From positions 1 to 37,138 of the IMG/VR virus record IMGVR_UViG_3300035703_000222: a stretch of DNA of 37,138 nucleotides. The stretch is one strand, 5' to 3'. Positions 6,001-12,585 of this stretch are shown here, in pieces. The DNA is from a virus. Its lineage: Duplodnaviria; Caudoviricetes. The position numbers were made by a program, and so were the translations under genes. The first letter of the stretch is position 1; each line of letters starts with the position of its first letter. The notes under the pieces were generated by a model. It saw nothing but the letters and a program-made list of their open reading frames with translations. It had not been told where the DNA came from and did not search any database.

Positions 6001-8923
6001 TGAAGCGAACGATATCGCCCTGCTCCGCGTTAGTAAGGACGTAGTCGAACACCATCTTTGACAGACGTGATGCGCCTTCGTGGACATAGGCGGCATAGAC
6101 CGCAGGGTTCTCCACGTAGATCGGCGACAGCTCACGTGCGTGATCGGCATTCACCTCGCGACCAAAGCGACGCAGGTATTCATCGACCATACCCTGCGGG
6201 TCTTGATCGAGAGCCTGCTTGAATGTGTCAGACGCCAGCTTGCCGCGCTTCTGAATGTCGCGGTTGAACTGACCGCCTACGCGCTTGTAGGCGTCGGCTT
6301 CATCGGCAGGATCTGCGGCGGTCGCTGCCGGAGCATCCGTTTGCAACCGCTGTGCTGGCGCTGTTGCTGGAGCTGCGGGAGCCGCAGGAGCGTCTTGCGC
6401 AACCGGGGCAGCTGTTGGCGCAGCGGCAACAGAGGCGGTTTGCTGGGGAGCCGGGGTAGCCTCAGAGTCCTGATCTAAGAACGGGTTCCTTAGCCGCGGC
6501 TTGAGCGCATTGGCGAACGCTACTTTCTGGGCGAGCGCGGGCGGCATAGGGGCTGCCGTAGGCGCTACCTGTGCGGCAGCAGGCGCAGCGGGCTGCGCCG
6601 GGGCTGCCATGCGCTTCTGAGTCTCACGCTTCTGGTACTCAGCAAACGCAGCCGTCACCGCCTTCTGCGCTTCCACCAGCCGCGCGCGTTCTTTGATGTA
6701 TTGCGGACCTTTGATGACCGCCAACATCTTCTGCAGCACGTCGGCGAGAACGTCGCGGAAAGTCTTGGCGACCTCGGGGTTCTCGAAGCTATCGAACATC
6801 TGACCAAGGGTCTGCGGATTGCGGACAAGGTCACCCACGACGTAGGCAACGAGCTCCGAGTCGAGCTCGCGCTGGGTCATGTCACGACCGACCTCGGCAC
6901 GACGGCGCTGGTTCAGGTTGTCGATCAGCGTCTGGCGGATCGTGGCGTCCATGGCAGGAACCACAGTGTCCCGCAGAGTCTGGTAGACGTCGGCATGCCG
7001 GGTCTCCAGTACGTGGGTCAGTTCGTGCCATGTGGTGTCGAGCAAGTCGACGTCTTTGGCGCTAACAAGGATCGTGTCGCCAGAACGGTAACCACTGAAC
7101 GCACCGAGCTGTTGACCCGAGGCGGTCGACAGCTGTTCGCCAAAGTCAACGAAGTGGACCTTCACGCCGAAGGCAGATTCGAGAGCGCCCTTGAAACGGT
7201 TCAGGCGAGTATCAGTCGTGACCAACCCAAGATTCAGGGTCTCGGTTTCGTCTAAGCCGAGATCCTGTTTCATGCTAGCCACGGCAGCTGTAAAGCTATC
7301 CTCAGGCGGCTGTTCAACAGCTGTTGCCTGAGCAGCCTGTTTGGCTTCAAGGTCGGCGACAAACTGGTCTTCAGACTGAGCCAATGCCGCGTCTACAGGA
7401 TTGACTGAAGCGCTATTTTCCGGGGTATTCGGCAGGCTCAGATTTTGAGCCTGTGCCGTAGCAGGAGTCTGTTCGGGTCGATCCTGTTGAACGCCAACAG
7501 CTGTTCCCGGCGTTTGAACAGCAACGTCGCCCAACTCGCTGTCCGCAGGGCGGATATTTTCCAGCGGGTCAAGTGCAACATCGCGATTCGGGTCGAGCGC
7601 TGCCCGGACCTGTCGGTCAACGGATTCTGGATTAACCCGGGAGCCGTCGATCGCGCGCTTGAGGTAAGCGTCGAGGGCGCTTTCCGGCGTGGACTTCGCG
7701 CCACTGATAGCGCCGACCGGGGCGCCGCCCAGTGCGCCTAGCACTAAGTTGGCAGCCGAGCCTTCGCCGATTTCTTTATTCGTAATCTGCGAGCGGATGC
7801 CAACGTCAGAGGCGATACCCTCAGCGGTTTCCTGCAGACCTTCCTCGGCTGCGCCAAAGGCAGCGCCGGCGGCAGTAGCGCCAGCTCGGTTGCCACCCAC
7901 GCGGCGCAGGATGTCGTCGTAGGCGCCGTTTAGCAGCTTACCGGTAACCCGGGAGCCAAGGGCTGCCACCATGCCCTGCAGTAAAGCGCCGGTCTCTGCC
8001 GCCTTGTCCGTGACGATCTGGCGGGCTTCCTCGGTGGGCACGCCGTTACGCAACAAGGTGTTGTAGTAGGGGCTGACCTCGGTGAGCTGCTCGTCGGACA
8101 GGTTGCCGACGTACTCGCGTGCCGTGCTGGCAGCCTCTCCAGCCGCCTGCGTGCCGCCAACAGCCATTGCTGCTGTTGGGCTGCGGGTAATGACAGCTGT
8201 CGCCACAGTGGGCGCGAGCGAGCCCAGTACGCCAGCTGCTTGCAACAAGTAGCCGGACACAGTCGGATCGTCGCCAAAGCTGAACTCGCCCTTGAGGATG
8301 TTGCCGCGCGGAGTCGCGCCTTCGAGGCGCTGCTTGCCAGCCTCCGAGATGCCCGACTCGATATCGCGCTGCACCCGTGAGCCGTACTCAGCAAGCCCTT
8401 CCGCCCCGGGGATCTTCACCCCAGAAACTAGGCGGTCAAATGCGACCGCTGCTTTCTCGCGGTTCTCCGCCTGCTCGGCGTACGACATGAATCCCGTGGC
8501 GTCCATGAGCCAGTCGCTTGCCTTCTGCAGCAAAGCGCCAGCAGCCACCGGCTGAGACTCGCCCGTAATGCCGCGACGGATAGCGCCCTTGATGCCAGCC
8601 TCGGCGCCAGCGGGCATGGAGAGCGTGCCGCCAACCAATGCGCCAGTCGCCTTACGACCGGCGTCCTCGGCAAACTCGCCGGCACCGTATTCCAGTCGAC
8701 GCGATTCCTTGTCTGTCGGTATTGCCTGCGGACGCGCGAGTGGGTCTGGAGCGGGCAAAGATTTCGCCGGCTGCGTCAGGACGTCGTCATACGCTCCAAG
8801 CAATCCGCCACGCACAGACTTCTGTTCAATAACAGCTGCGCGCTCGCGGTTCTTCTCGGTCGCTTCTCCGGTTCCGGAATACGGATCTCCAGTGACATCT
8901 CGGTAGGCATTCAAAAGACCCAT
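2..8923 (-). CDS. Giant polyvalent internal virion / DNA ejection protein (>=2974 aa, 3' end beyond window), LPD38-like C-terminus
   Basis: Manual translation from ATG at 8923 (MGLLNAYRDVTGDPY...) finds no in-frame stop down to the window edge, and the ORF track omits it. Motifs: HELTH (7013-7027), AGGGGSGKG (~5972-5998), PKARNFALNLIG..TIDVWAAR (~4480-4555), MuF-C-like ..PQMIADPVAV..EIASVYP, and LPD38-type AKNVTVNFDRKG / LYMFANANIQG / IDVSPETLRYWFGFMTGGAGGF. Last gene of the ejection-protein block. Confidence 0.92.
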   Translation of the reverse strand, partial: MGLLNAYRDVTGDPYSGTGEATEKNRERAAVIEQKSVRGGLLGAYDDVLTQPAKSLPAPDPLARPQAIPTDKESRRLEYGAGEFAEDAGRKATGALVGGTLSMPAGAEAGIKGAIRRGITGESQPVAAGALLQKASDWLMDATGFMSYAEQAENREKAAVAFDRLVSGVKIPGAEGLAEYGSRVQRDIESGISEAGKQRLEGATPRGNILKGEFSFGDDPTVSGYLLQAAGVLGSLAPTVATAVITRSPTAAMAVGGTQAAGEAASTAREYVGNLSDEQLTEVSPYYNTLLRNGVPTEEARQIVTDKAAETGALLQGMVAALGSRVTGKLLNGAYDDILRRVGGNRAGATAAGAAFGAAEEGLQETAEGIASDVGIRSQITNKEIGEGSAANLVLGALGGAPVGAISGAKSTPESALDAYLKRAIDGSRVNPESVDRQVRAALDPNRDVALDPLENIRPADSELGDVAVQTPGTAVGVQQDRPEQTPATAQAQNLSLPNTPENSASVNPVDAALAQSEDQFVADLEAKQAAQATAVEQPPEDSFTAAVASMKQDLGLDETETLNLGLVTTDTRLNRFKGALESAFGVKVHFVDFGEQLSTASGQQLGAFSGYRSGDTILVSAKDVDLLDTTWHELTHVLETRHADVYQTLRDTVVPAMDATIRQTLIDNLNQRRRAEVGRDMTQRELDSELVAYVVGDLVRNPQTLGQMFDSFENPEVAKTFRDVLADVLQKMLAVIKGPQYIKERARLVEAQKAVTAAFAEYQKRETQKRMAAPAQPAAPAAAQVAPTAAPMPPALAQKVAFANALKPRLRNPFLDQDSEATPAPQQTASVAAAPTAAPVAQDAPAAPAAPATAPAQRLQTDAPAATAADPADEADAYKRVGGQFNRDIQKRGKLASDTFKQALDQDPQGMVDEYLRRFGREVNADHARELSPIYVENPAVYAAYVHEGASRLSKMVFDYVLTNAEQGDIVRFTAGGGGSGKGFAVKQLNLRSPNVILYDGTLSKLDTATSLINKSLASGLPTEVYYINSDAMDSLGRAMKRAERVGRTVPIEVLAEAHDGASNVARQLLTLFANVPLRIVNNGKNGVAYGSINDLPRYNVADLKEKMYAELNRRVKEDGYPINLAIGFAPDRYSGEAVEEQPAERDDRPVRAASRRGVAGAPAAVREQPEQPAAAPVAEPVTPSVAPETIPAATNTQQVATPANRFRLGVQRTERAVAETADLSADEQQAIERDGIKNKVPRAVLDDLIAQAIETKRRFPESQGWAPLFVRGVLVPKDKDPADAELNWAPVAYKYNVPDGVGRAPQKLNEPWADKVGDEFYKLVKGVYGRAVAGDRNANVILSHKNWYRNVTEVLRREFGGMGDLLADLLGATSPNTPVDTNWVFSIDVMRRFVRGDFNAELKKFADYIADGGNVSDYPSEDKIRQISGKLYGMNSGNAMLALLNVWRQIHPGQAPKARNFALNLIGQSDMATIDVWAARMLRRAANIAAGNNVLARIPPPAEQGVTGNWNTKATAVTGEFGFGARVMDKVAQRLRDEGIDVTAPDLQAIAWFVEKELWASNGWTSAQGEGGSFEENIESQPMERYIAGWSVQQGETVPEEGTASSAQARVMYALKRDGSVIAARVLPTKGLYGNTIEQSFDTEWTVEKGVHNPALAIAEIAQVSKENSQYDIFVSKVLQPDEDSANARPGVELYFRDQRALDAVMPVLEQFTSKGADGFTLAVDPRAQSGQYIGVRLQFIPEISMRWDEQFRKDVLTEGFIERVLEDKTRQLDSIAAEVSTMDGVAFAKTYQYDTIVVGKENYDEYIDRATAETNTRSGSPVWFGQPIRVAVERAAARLDRDQGQVVSGNVSDADSQKAEPESVGQFSRRDVELAANQDPRAPKLFGISENPSVLRAVGAPDQLLVIEPRTVVKVVNPEFVGKSTSADAVRRNAAGLIVPAAPRIALTVDELRAVPQMIADPVAVIRSEGGTMTRRYGYKVVLDMVKDGNPVVAIVHPDVRYGNDKASEIASVYPVNEPNSLTEINRELNSGSLLYFNKGKAVALSGKIKGGLPSLAKVTPTTAKNPGSVPNRALTPLRNSNFARRVPIPGQRFTLPARTLREKYFENLFENRMSRVEDVQQAVEQQGGTLDIRDAQGNVIGNTDVTTASQRMRGAVRGRLDRFKKEVEIPLIEKAAKLGVNLDEVAQYLYAVYAPERNAIIQQRNPTQFGTDGGSGMTNAEAMQIVNGFRSRRDFPQIAQIAREFQRITQMTQNVLLSEGLVEPAVIAQWKKDNPNYVPLRGFENFDEATGQSLGVGSPGRTDPRNPFVKVAKGRETRAGQILENILKDYSDAIVLAEKNKVYRLLLQFVRDNPDQELWQVNAPKVSRSYYKGGMSPLGYAQGTVRVAFEVNEDPSETIAVRVQGKPVFIRVKDPGMLEDLQMAGAIGSGDQAKLYFRVWSGVMQTLAKLRTTLSPAFVFIDAIRNTETGGFWNLVKYGPKTAAKAYARLYKAARVAWKAERDGTWQGNNDTITIREPGQPARTVTLKEAYDMYRADGGKVGYLDIKEIEDIQQDIQQRFRAAQASGSLDPRTYGTQMLGVVNKVEDLMLDAAGSIETSMRFATYLARLEAGANRQDATNAAKNVTVNFDRKGKWTPHLGLLYMFANANIQGTRATYNLIFKSGKAGAMLGGSLIALGYAIAQLGAADSGDDDEPYWDKKLYKQAKIKNLLFFTEDGDTITIPMAYGSGFFVNIGYALSDLQRGVPLAKVGAFMRDSFFTHFSPFGSLENPATFAAPTLLDPILVSASNMTEQGIPLMPDSVYEPNKPDSEKFWTATRGTMFQQLSQAMNEATGGTPAYSGAIDVSPETLRYWFGFMTGGAGGFARDAADSVMLTTEIGLDAAIDKNKIPILRSFYQQNTGKQNQTEFFENAKTAETALNELNSLWGTEYMQRDDVRDRFAERRTLASMGSAVRGYRNELSALRADEVKV
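3292..3504 (-). CDS. Nested +1-frame small protein (70 aa), candidate immunity/antitoxin
   Basis: ATG at 3504 with AAGGAG (3512-3517) 7 nt upstream; TTGCCA-16nt-TACGAT promoter upstream. MSTLIEQLPKRIQDLEAQYGSDNPYVLQLKEQLRAS... reads as a helical hairpin. Codons are genome-typical in this frame while the host frame shifts to atypical codons (AGA, CGA, ATA). Confidence 0.7.
   Translation of the reverse strand: MSTLIEQLPKRIQDLEAQYGSDNPYVLQLKEQLRASIATKGKSSQETYLTQTVRKPSPSQSGNSADETSS
3528..3555 (-). promoter_or_regulatory. Putative sigma70-type promoter inside the giant gene, driving nested ORF 3292..3504
   Basis: -35 TTGCCA (3550-3555), 16-nt spacer, -10 TACGAT (3528-3533), ending 10 nt upstream of the AAGGAG site. 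Confidence 0.5.
5374..5595 (-). CDS. Nested +1-frame small protein (73 aa), candidate antitoxin of the zeta-like kinase
   Basis: ATG at 5595 with AAGGAG (5603-5608) 7 nt upstream and a perfect TATAAT (5621-5626). Begins where the kinase domain ends. C/G-ending codons (CTG, GAG, CAG, TTC) occur in this frame. Confidence 0.62.
   Translation of the reverse strand: MRNSTAESKKMDTQSTSQSASRQIGILEKLSKSSPQNETIDQFEQRQDVELLARRQQFANSPSNPLQRLLQNR
5621..5634 (-). promoter_or_regulatory. Putative internal promoter -10 element with overlapping palindrome
   Basis: TATAAT at 5621-5626, 12 nt upstream of AAGGAG; the palindrome TACCGCGGTA (5625-5634) overlaps it. No good -35 (GCTCCA at 17-nt spacing). Confidence 0.45.
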
Positions 8924-8926
8924 GGA

Positions 8927-10171
8927 TTACTCCCCTTGCTGGGAACCGTTGGCACGGGAAAGTATCTGGTTAACCAGATCCTGTCTGTACTGTTGCCAGT
9001 AAGTAACCCCGTTGTCCTCCATGTCGAACACCTTCTGACTTGCCGCTCTGACCTCATCCCTGTTTGCGCCGGACGCTTTGAGCCGAGCAAGGTTGTCCTG
9101 CGCCGCCTTCAGCTCCGCATCGTAACGTGATCTGGCGCGCTGATTGAGGTTGGAAACCATCTCGCGCGCCGTGACGTGCGCCTTGCCGCCAGAGAAGTCT
9201 TCTTGTTCGATGAGGATGGCGCCGAACTGATGAACAAGCCCACTCGCGCCGTCATCTGGCACAGTCTCTGCTTTTCCGCTTGGACCTCTAATGGTGAAGC
9301 CAGTGGCGAGGTATTTGCCGGCATTCTTTGACTCAAGATCCGAAAGCGTACGATATGCGTCGCTATCCGCCATCCTCTTTGACGCTTTGCTGGAGTTCGT
9401 CTCTGCGTTCGTAAGAGCTGCGGTTCCCATGCGATCCTTGTAGGTACGATCCGCGGCGTTGTTCTTCAGGTCATCCCCCGCCTTAATCGCCTCACGGCTA
9501 CCCTTGATCATCGAGTCGATCTCAGGCGAGAACGCCGCAGCAAGGTGACCAATAGGTACGCGCGTCTTCGTGCCGTCTGGCTTTGTGCTGACAGCAAAGA
9601 TATTCAGGAAGCCCATCTCGTCCTGACCAGACTGAACAGACTGCAAGCCTTCAAGCTTGAACTGATCCGCAATGCGCTTAACGGCGTCCGCATCGCCACC
9701 GAAGGCGCGCTTGAAGTCGTCAGCCACGCCGTATGCCTCCACCTTGCGGCGGAAGTCGACAAGACCCTGAATCTCCTCAGGCTTGGCAAGACCGAGCTTC
9801 TGACGCAGAGCAACCGTGCGCATCTGCACACGCGAAATCGCTTCCATGCCCTGACGGCTAGACGGGTCGATCGCTTCCGTCACGAACTGCTGTGCAGGGA
9901 AGTTTCCGTCCGCATCAGGAGTCGGGATCGCACCGCTCGGCTGCGCCTGCGCCGGCTTCTTCACGAACATCTCTTCGTTGTAAATGCCCTTCACGCCGTC
10001 GAGGTATTCGCGCTCACGCCCGCGCTGCTCTTCTTGGTAACGCTGATCGGCAACCTGCCCCTTGAGCTGAATACTGGTCAGCGCAGAGCGACGATTGTTC
10101 TCCATGTCGCGCATGTTCGCGTCCGCCGCTTCGTTCAGGACGGCGCCGATCGTCTTCATAGCCTGTGCCAT
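8927..10171 (-). CDS. Internal virion / ejection protein (414 aa), function unassigned
   Basis: Long helical, charged ORF between the S74-containing ejection protein and the giant protein; TAATG coupling with the upstream gene. Confidence 0.75.
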   Translation of the reverse strand: MAQAMKTIGAVLNEAADANMRDMENNRRSALTSIQLKGQVADQRYQEEQRGREREYLDGVKGIYNEEMFVKKPAQAQPSGAIPTPDADGNFPAQQFVTEAIDPSSRQGMEAISRVQMRTVALRQKLGLAKPEEIQGLVDFRRKVEAYGVADDFKRAFGGDADAVKRIADQFKLEGLQSVQSGQDEMGFLNIFAVSTKPDGTKTRVPIGHLAAAFSPEIDSMIKGSREAIKAGDDLKNNAADRTYKDRMGTAALTNAETNSSKASKRMADSDAYRTLSDLESKNAGKYLATGFTIRGPSGKAETVPDDGASGLVHQFGAILIEQEDFSGGKAHVTAREMVSNLNQRARSRYDAELKAAQDNLARLKASGANRDEVRAASQKVFDMEDNGVTYWQQYRQDLVNQILSRANGSQQGE

Positions 10172-11466
10172 TAGGATCTCCGAATCGCTGAGTTGCGGAC
10201 GGGCTTGTGCGTTTTCTCGACGAGGTCATCGAGCGCTTCTTTGCCCACCTTACGAACCGTGTCAGCCGGCAGGATGTACTCTCCATTCGAGAGTAGGATC
10301 GGCTGACCGGTGTCGCGGTTCATTGCCTGAACGCTGTCCGAGGTGCCCGTGCCGGGACCCGTAATCTTCCCGCCCTTCTTGCTGTGGTTCTTCCCACCAC
10401 GCACAGAGCCGCCGTCAGCCATCTTCTTGCCACCCATGCGCTCAACCTTCGCATCGAGGTCCTTAATGGCTGCCATGGTGACGCCGAGGGCGTCCTGCAC
10501 GGAGATAGTGCGACCGTCGCCCATTCCGGTTTCACGCTTGAAATCTTCTGCGTAGGTGCCCACATGTTCGCGGTTGTCGCCCTTGTACTTCCAAGTCTCA
10601 ACGGGCATGTCGCGCACCGCATCGAGCGCAGAGCCGCTCTTCACCGGAGCCTTGCCTTCCTTCATGTCACGCGAGGACATGAACGAGAGACCCGCGCCAA
10701 CGAGTGAGCCAAGACCCTGCATTGCGGCGCCGCCAGCCTGTGATGCTGCGAGCTCGTTCTGGTAGCCCATGTTCATCACATTGGCGATACCCGACTGCGC
10801 ACCGAGCGCACCCTGTAGACCGCCCATGGCGCCCTGATAACCAGCGAACATCGGCGCGTTCTGCGCGTTGAACAGACCTGCGTTGCTGTTACCAACAGAA
10901 GAGCCCGTTCCAATCGCGCTGAGCTGCGTAGCAGGCAAGTTACGACCGAGGCTGATCGCGTTCATGCGCTTCGCATCGACCACCTGATCGGCAGCCATGC
11001 GGGCATTGTTCATCGCGCCTGCGCGAGTCGCCGCCGTGCCCAATGTAATCTGGTTGTTCAGGTCTGCGAACCGCGCGGCGTTCGGGTTGATGCCCATGCG
11101 AGACAAATTGCGCGCAGCGACTGAGCGCGCAGCTGCGGTAGCCTGCTCAACGTCAGAGGCGGCGCGACCGGCGTACTGATTGCGAACAGCTGTTCTGTCT
11201 TGATTCATCGCCTCCGAGACCATCTGGTCTTCGAGGGCGCGGAACTTCTGACGATCCATCTCGGCGTCGCGAGCAAGACGCATGGACATCCGCTGCCCTT
11301 CGAGATTTGCCTGCACCATCTGCTGGTAGAAAGGCATCGTCTCTTCGTAGCGGCGCTGTCCGAAACGTAACTGGTCGCGCCCAAGGGCTTCCATCTGTGA
11401 GCCGATCTGACGCATGGCGTCAGCTATCGGGCGCATATCAGGCGGCTTCGGTGCGTCACTGCACAT
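10171..11466 (-). CDS. Ejection/pilot protein (431 aa) with peptidase S74-like domain and C-terminal GPGTGTSDS domain
   Basis: Gly/Ala/Gln/Met-rich N-terminal part (MCSDAPKPPD...), then SSRDMKE..VETWKYKG..HVGTYAEDF plus coiled coil (S74-like), then GGKITGPGTGTSDSV..LSNGEYILPADTV. Confidence 0.8.
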   Translation of the reverse strand: MCSDAPKPPDMRPIADAMRQIGSQMEALGRDQLRFGQRRYEETMPFYQQMVQANLEGQRMSMRLARDAEMDRQKFRALEDQMVSEAMNQDRTAVRNQYAGRAASDVEQATAAARSVAARNLSRMGINPNAARFADLNNQITLGTAATRAGAMNNARMAADQVVDAKRMNAISLGRNLPATQLSAIGTGSSVGNSNAGLFNAQNAPMFAGYQGAMGGLQGALGAQSGIANVMNMGYQNELAASQAGGAAMQGLGSLVGAGLSFMSSRDMKEGKAPVKSGSALDAVRDMPVETWKYKGDNREHVGTYAEDFKRETGMGDGRTISVQDALGVTMAAIKDLDAKVERMGGKKMADGGSVRGGKNHSKKGGKITGPGTGTSDSVQAMNRDTGQPILLSNGEYILPADTVRKVGKEALDDLVEKTHKPVRNSAIRRS

Positions 11467-12064
11467 GGGCTTCTCCTACAAGAACCTTCGTAAGTTGATT
11501 GGCTGTGTGTTGGTACCCGAGCGCCTGCAATAGTTCACCGGCGCGATTCACCGTCTTAACGGTCACGCGGATCTCGGTGATACCGAGCGCGTTCAGGACC
11601 GTCTCGACATAGCGAATGAGCTTGATGCCAAGGCGCCCCTTGCGGTGGTCCCTGCGAATGAAGATCGTGTCTTCCTCCGCGATCCACTGCCGGGTGTGCG
11701 TTGAGCGAGTCAGGTACATCATGCAGTTGCCGACCAGTTCGTGGTCGGGTCCGCGAAGTGTGAAGAGCACGAACCGCCCTGCACGCTCCGCGTTGATCAT
11801 GTATTCGTAATCGACGTTCAGCGGCAAGCTGTGTCGATAGGATTCAGTCTCTTCCCAGTGTGCGGCATGCAGCGGCTTAATCTCGTCGACGCAATCTTCT
11901 ATGCGCTCAACGGCGAGCGAGTAACCCCAGTGTGTATCCTTTGGGATACTGTGGAGGTCGATCGGCGTAGGCTGCTCTTGCGCCGCCATGCAGAGCCCAG
12001 AGGCAAGCTCGGGCGTCAAGACGTTGCCCAAATTTCGCTGCAACGCTGCCATCAGATCATTCAC
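11456..12064 (-). CDS. GNAT-family acetyltransferase-like protein (202 aa)
   Basis: Motif-A-like IFIRRDHRKGRLGIKLI and C-terminal LLQALGY; position between tail and ejection genes as in many podoviruses. Confidence 0.8.
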   Translation of the reverse strand: MNDLMAALQRNLGNVLTPELASGLCMAAQEQPTPIDLHSIPKDTHWGYSLAVERIEDCVDEIKPLHAAHWEETESYRHSLPLNVDYEYMINAERAGRFVLFTLRGPDHELVGNCMMYLTRSTHTRQWIAEEDTIFIRRDHRKGRLGIKLIRYVETVLNALGITEIRVTVKTVNRAGELLQALGYQHTANQLTKVLVGEAHVQ

Positions 12065-12230
12065 TGGGAACCTCCTTCGGCTTTTTGTATTTCTCCTTCA
12101 CCGCCACAATCTGCTGGCGCATGGCTTCGAGCGCCTCTCCGCCCTTCCACAGAGCGTCGAGCTGATCTCCTATTGCCGGGTACTCCTTGCGGCGAAGCTC
12201 TGCGTAATTCTGCTTAACCTTCAGCTTCAC
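12057..12230 (-). CDS. Small tail-fibre-associated protein (57 aa), not in ORF track
   Basis: GTG at 12230 with GGAGG 6 nt upstream; MKLKVKQNYAELRRKEYPAIGDQLDALWKGGEALEAMRQQIVAVKEKYKKPKEVPSE carries the R..EYP.IGDQLD.LW..I..VK.KY motif common in fibre-adjacent phage proteins; fills the gap between neighbours. Confidence 0.8.
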   Translation of the reverse strand: MKLKVKQNYAELRRKEYPAIGDQLDALWKGGEALEAMRQQIVAVKEKYKKPKEVPSE

Positions 12231-12585
12231 ACTGAACCTCCACGACTGTGTCTAGGTGGCGCACATGCAACAGCGTCACGACCACCTTCTGCGGGTAGTC
12301 AACTTCAAACTCAATCGAGCCTTCGCTCACCACAAATGAATCAGAGCCAACGTGCGCAACGGTGTCGACAGGTATCCGTTCAATTTTGTTCTGCGAAACG
12401 GAGATCCTGAACGGGGTGCGCGGCACCATCTTGCTTGATGCGTGGTCGTACCAAACCGCGTTCGGATCTGCCTTCTCGTCCATGTACACGACCGCCGCCT
12501 CGCCGCTGACGTCGACAGCGTCTGTGCTTCCATCGAGTACGTACTTGCATCTACCGCTTGCATCGAACACAGCCATGAAGCTCAT
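12214..12585 (-). CDS. Hypothetical tail-associated protein (123 aa)
   Basis: ATGA overlap with the fibre gene; beta-rich composition. Confidence 0.75.
   Translation of the reverse strand: MSFMAVFDASGRCKYVLDGSTDAVDVSGEAAVVYMDEKADPNAVWYDHASSKMVPRTPFRISVSQNKIERIPVDTVAHVGSDSFVVSEGSIEFEVDYPQKVVVTLLHVRHLDTVVEVQCEAEG

Noticed and set aside
6655-8685. Other off-frame minus ORFs in the giant gene (6655..6849, 7438..7704, 7930..8394, 8428..8685); 5884..6150 is a similar case
   Set aside because: No convincing ribosome site or promoter, and composition typical of alternative frames in GC-rich DNA.
12057-12585. Programmed frameshift joining the 123-aa and 57-aa ORFs
   Set aside because: No slippery heptamer in the overlap, and the downstream ORF has its own GGAGG-GTG start.
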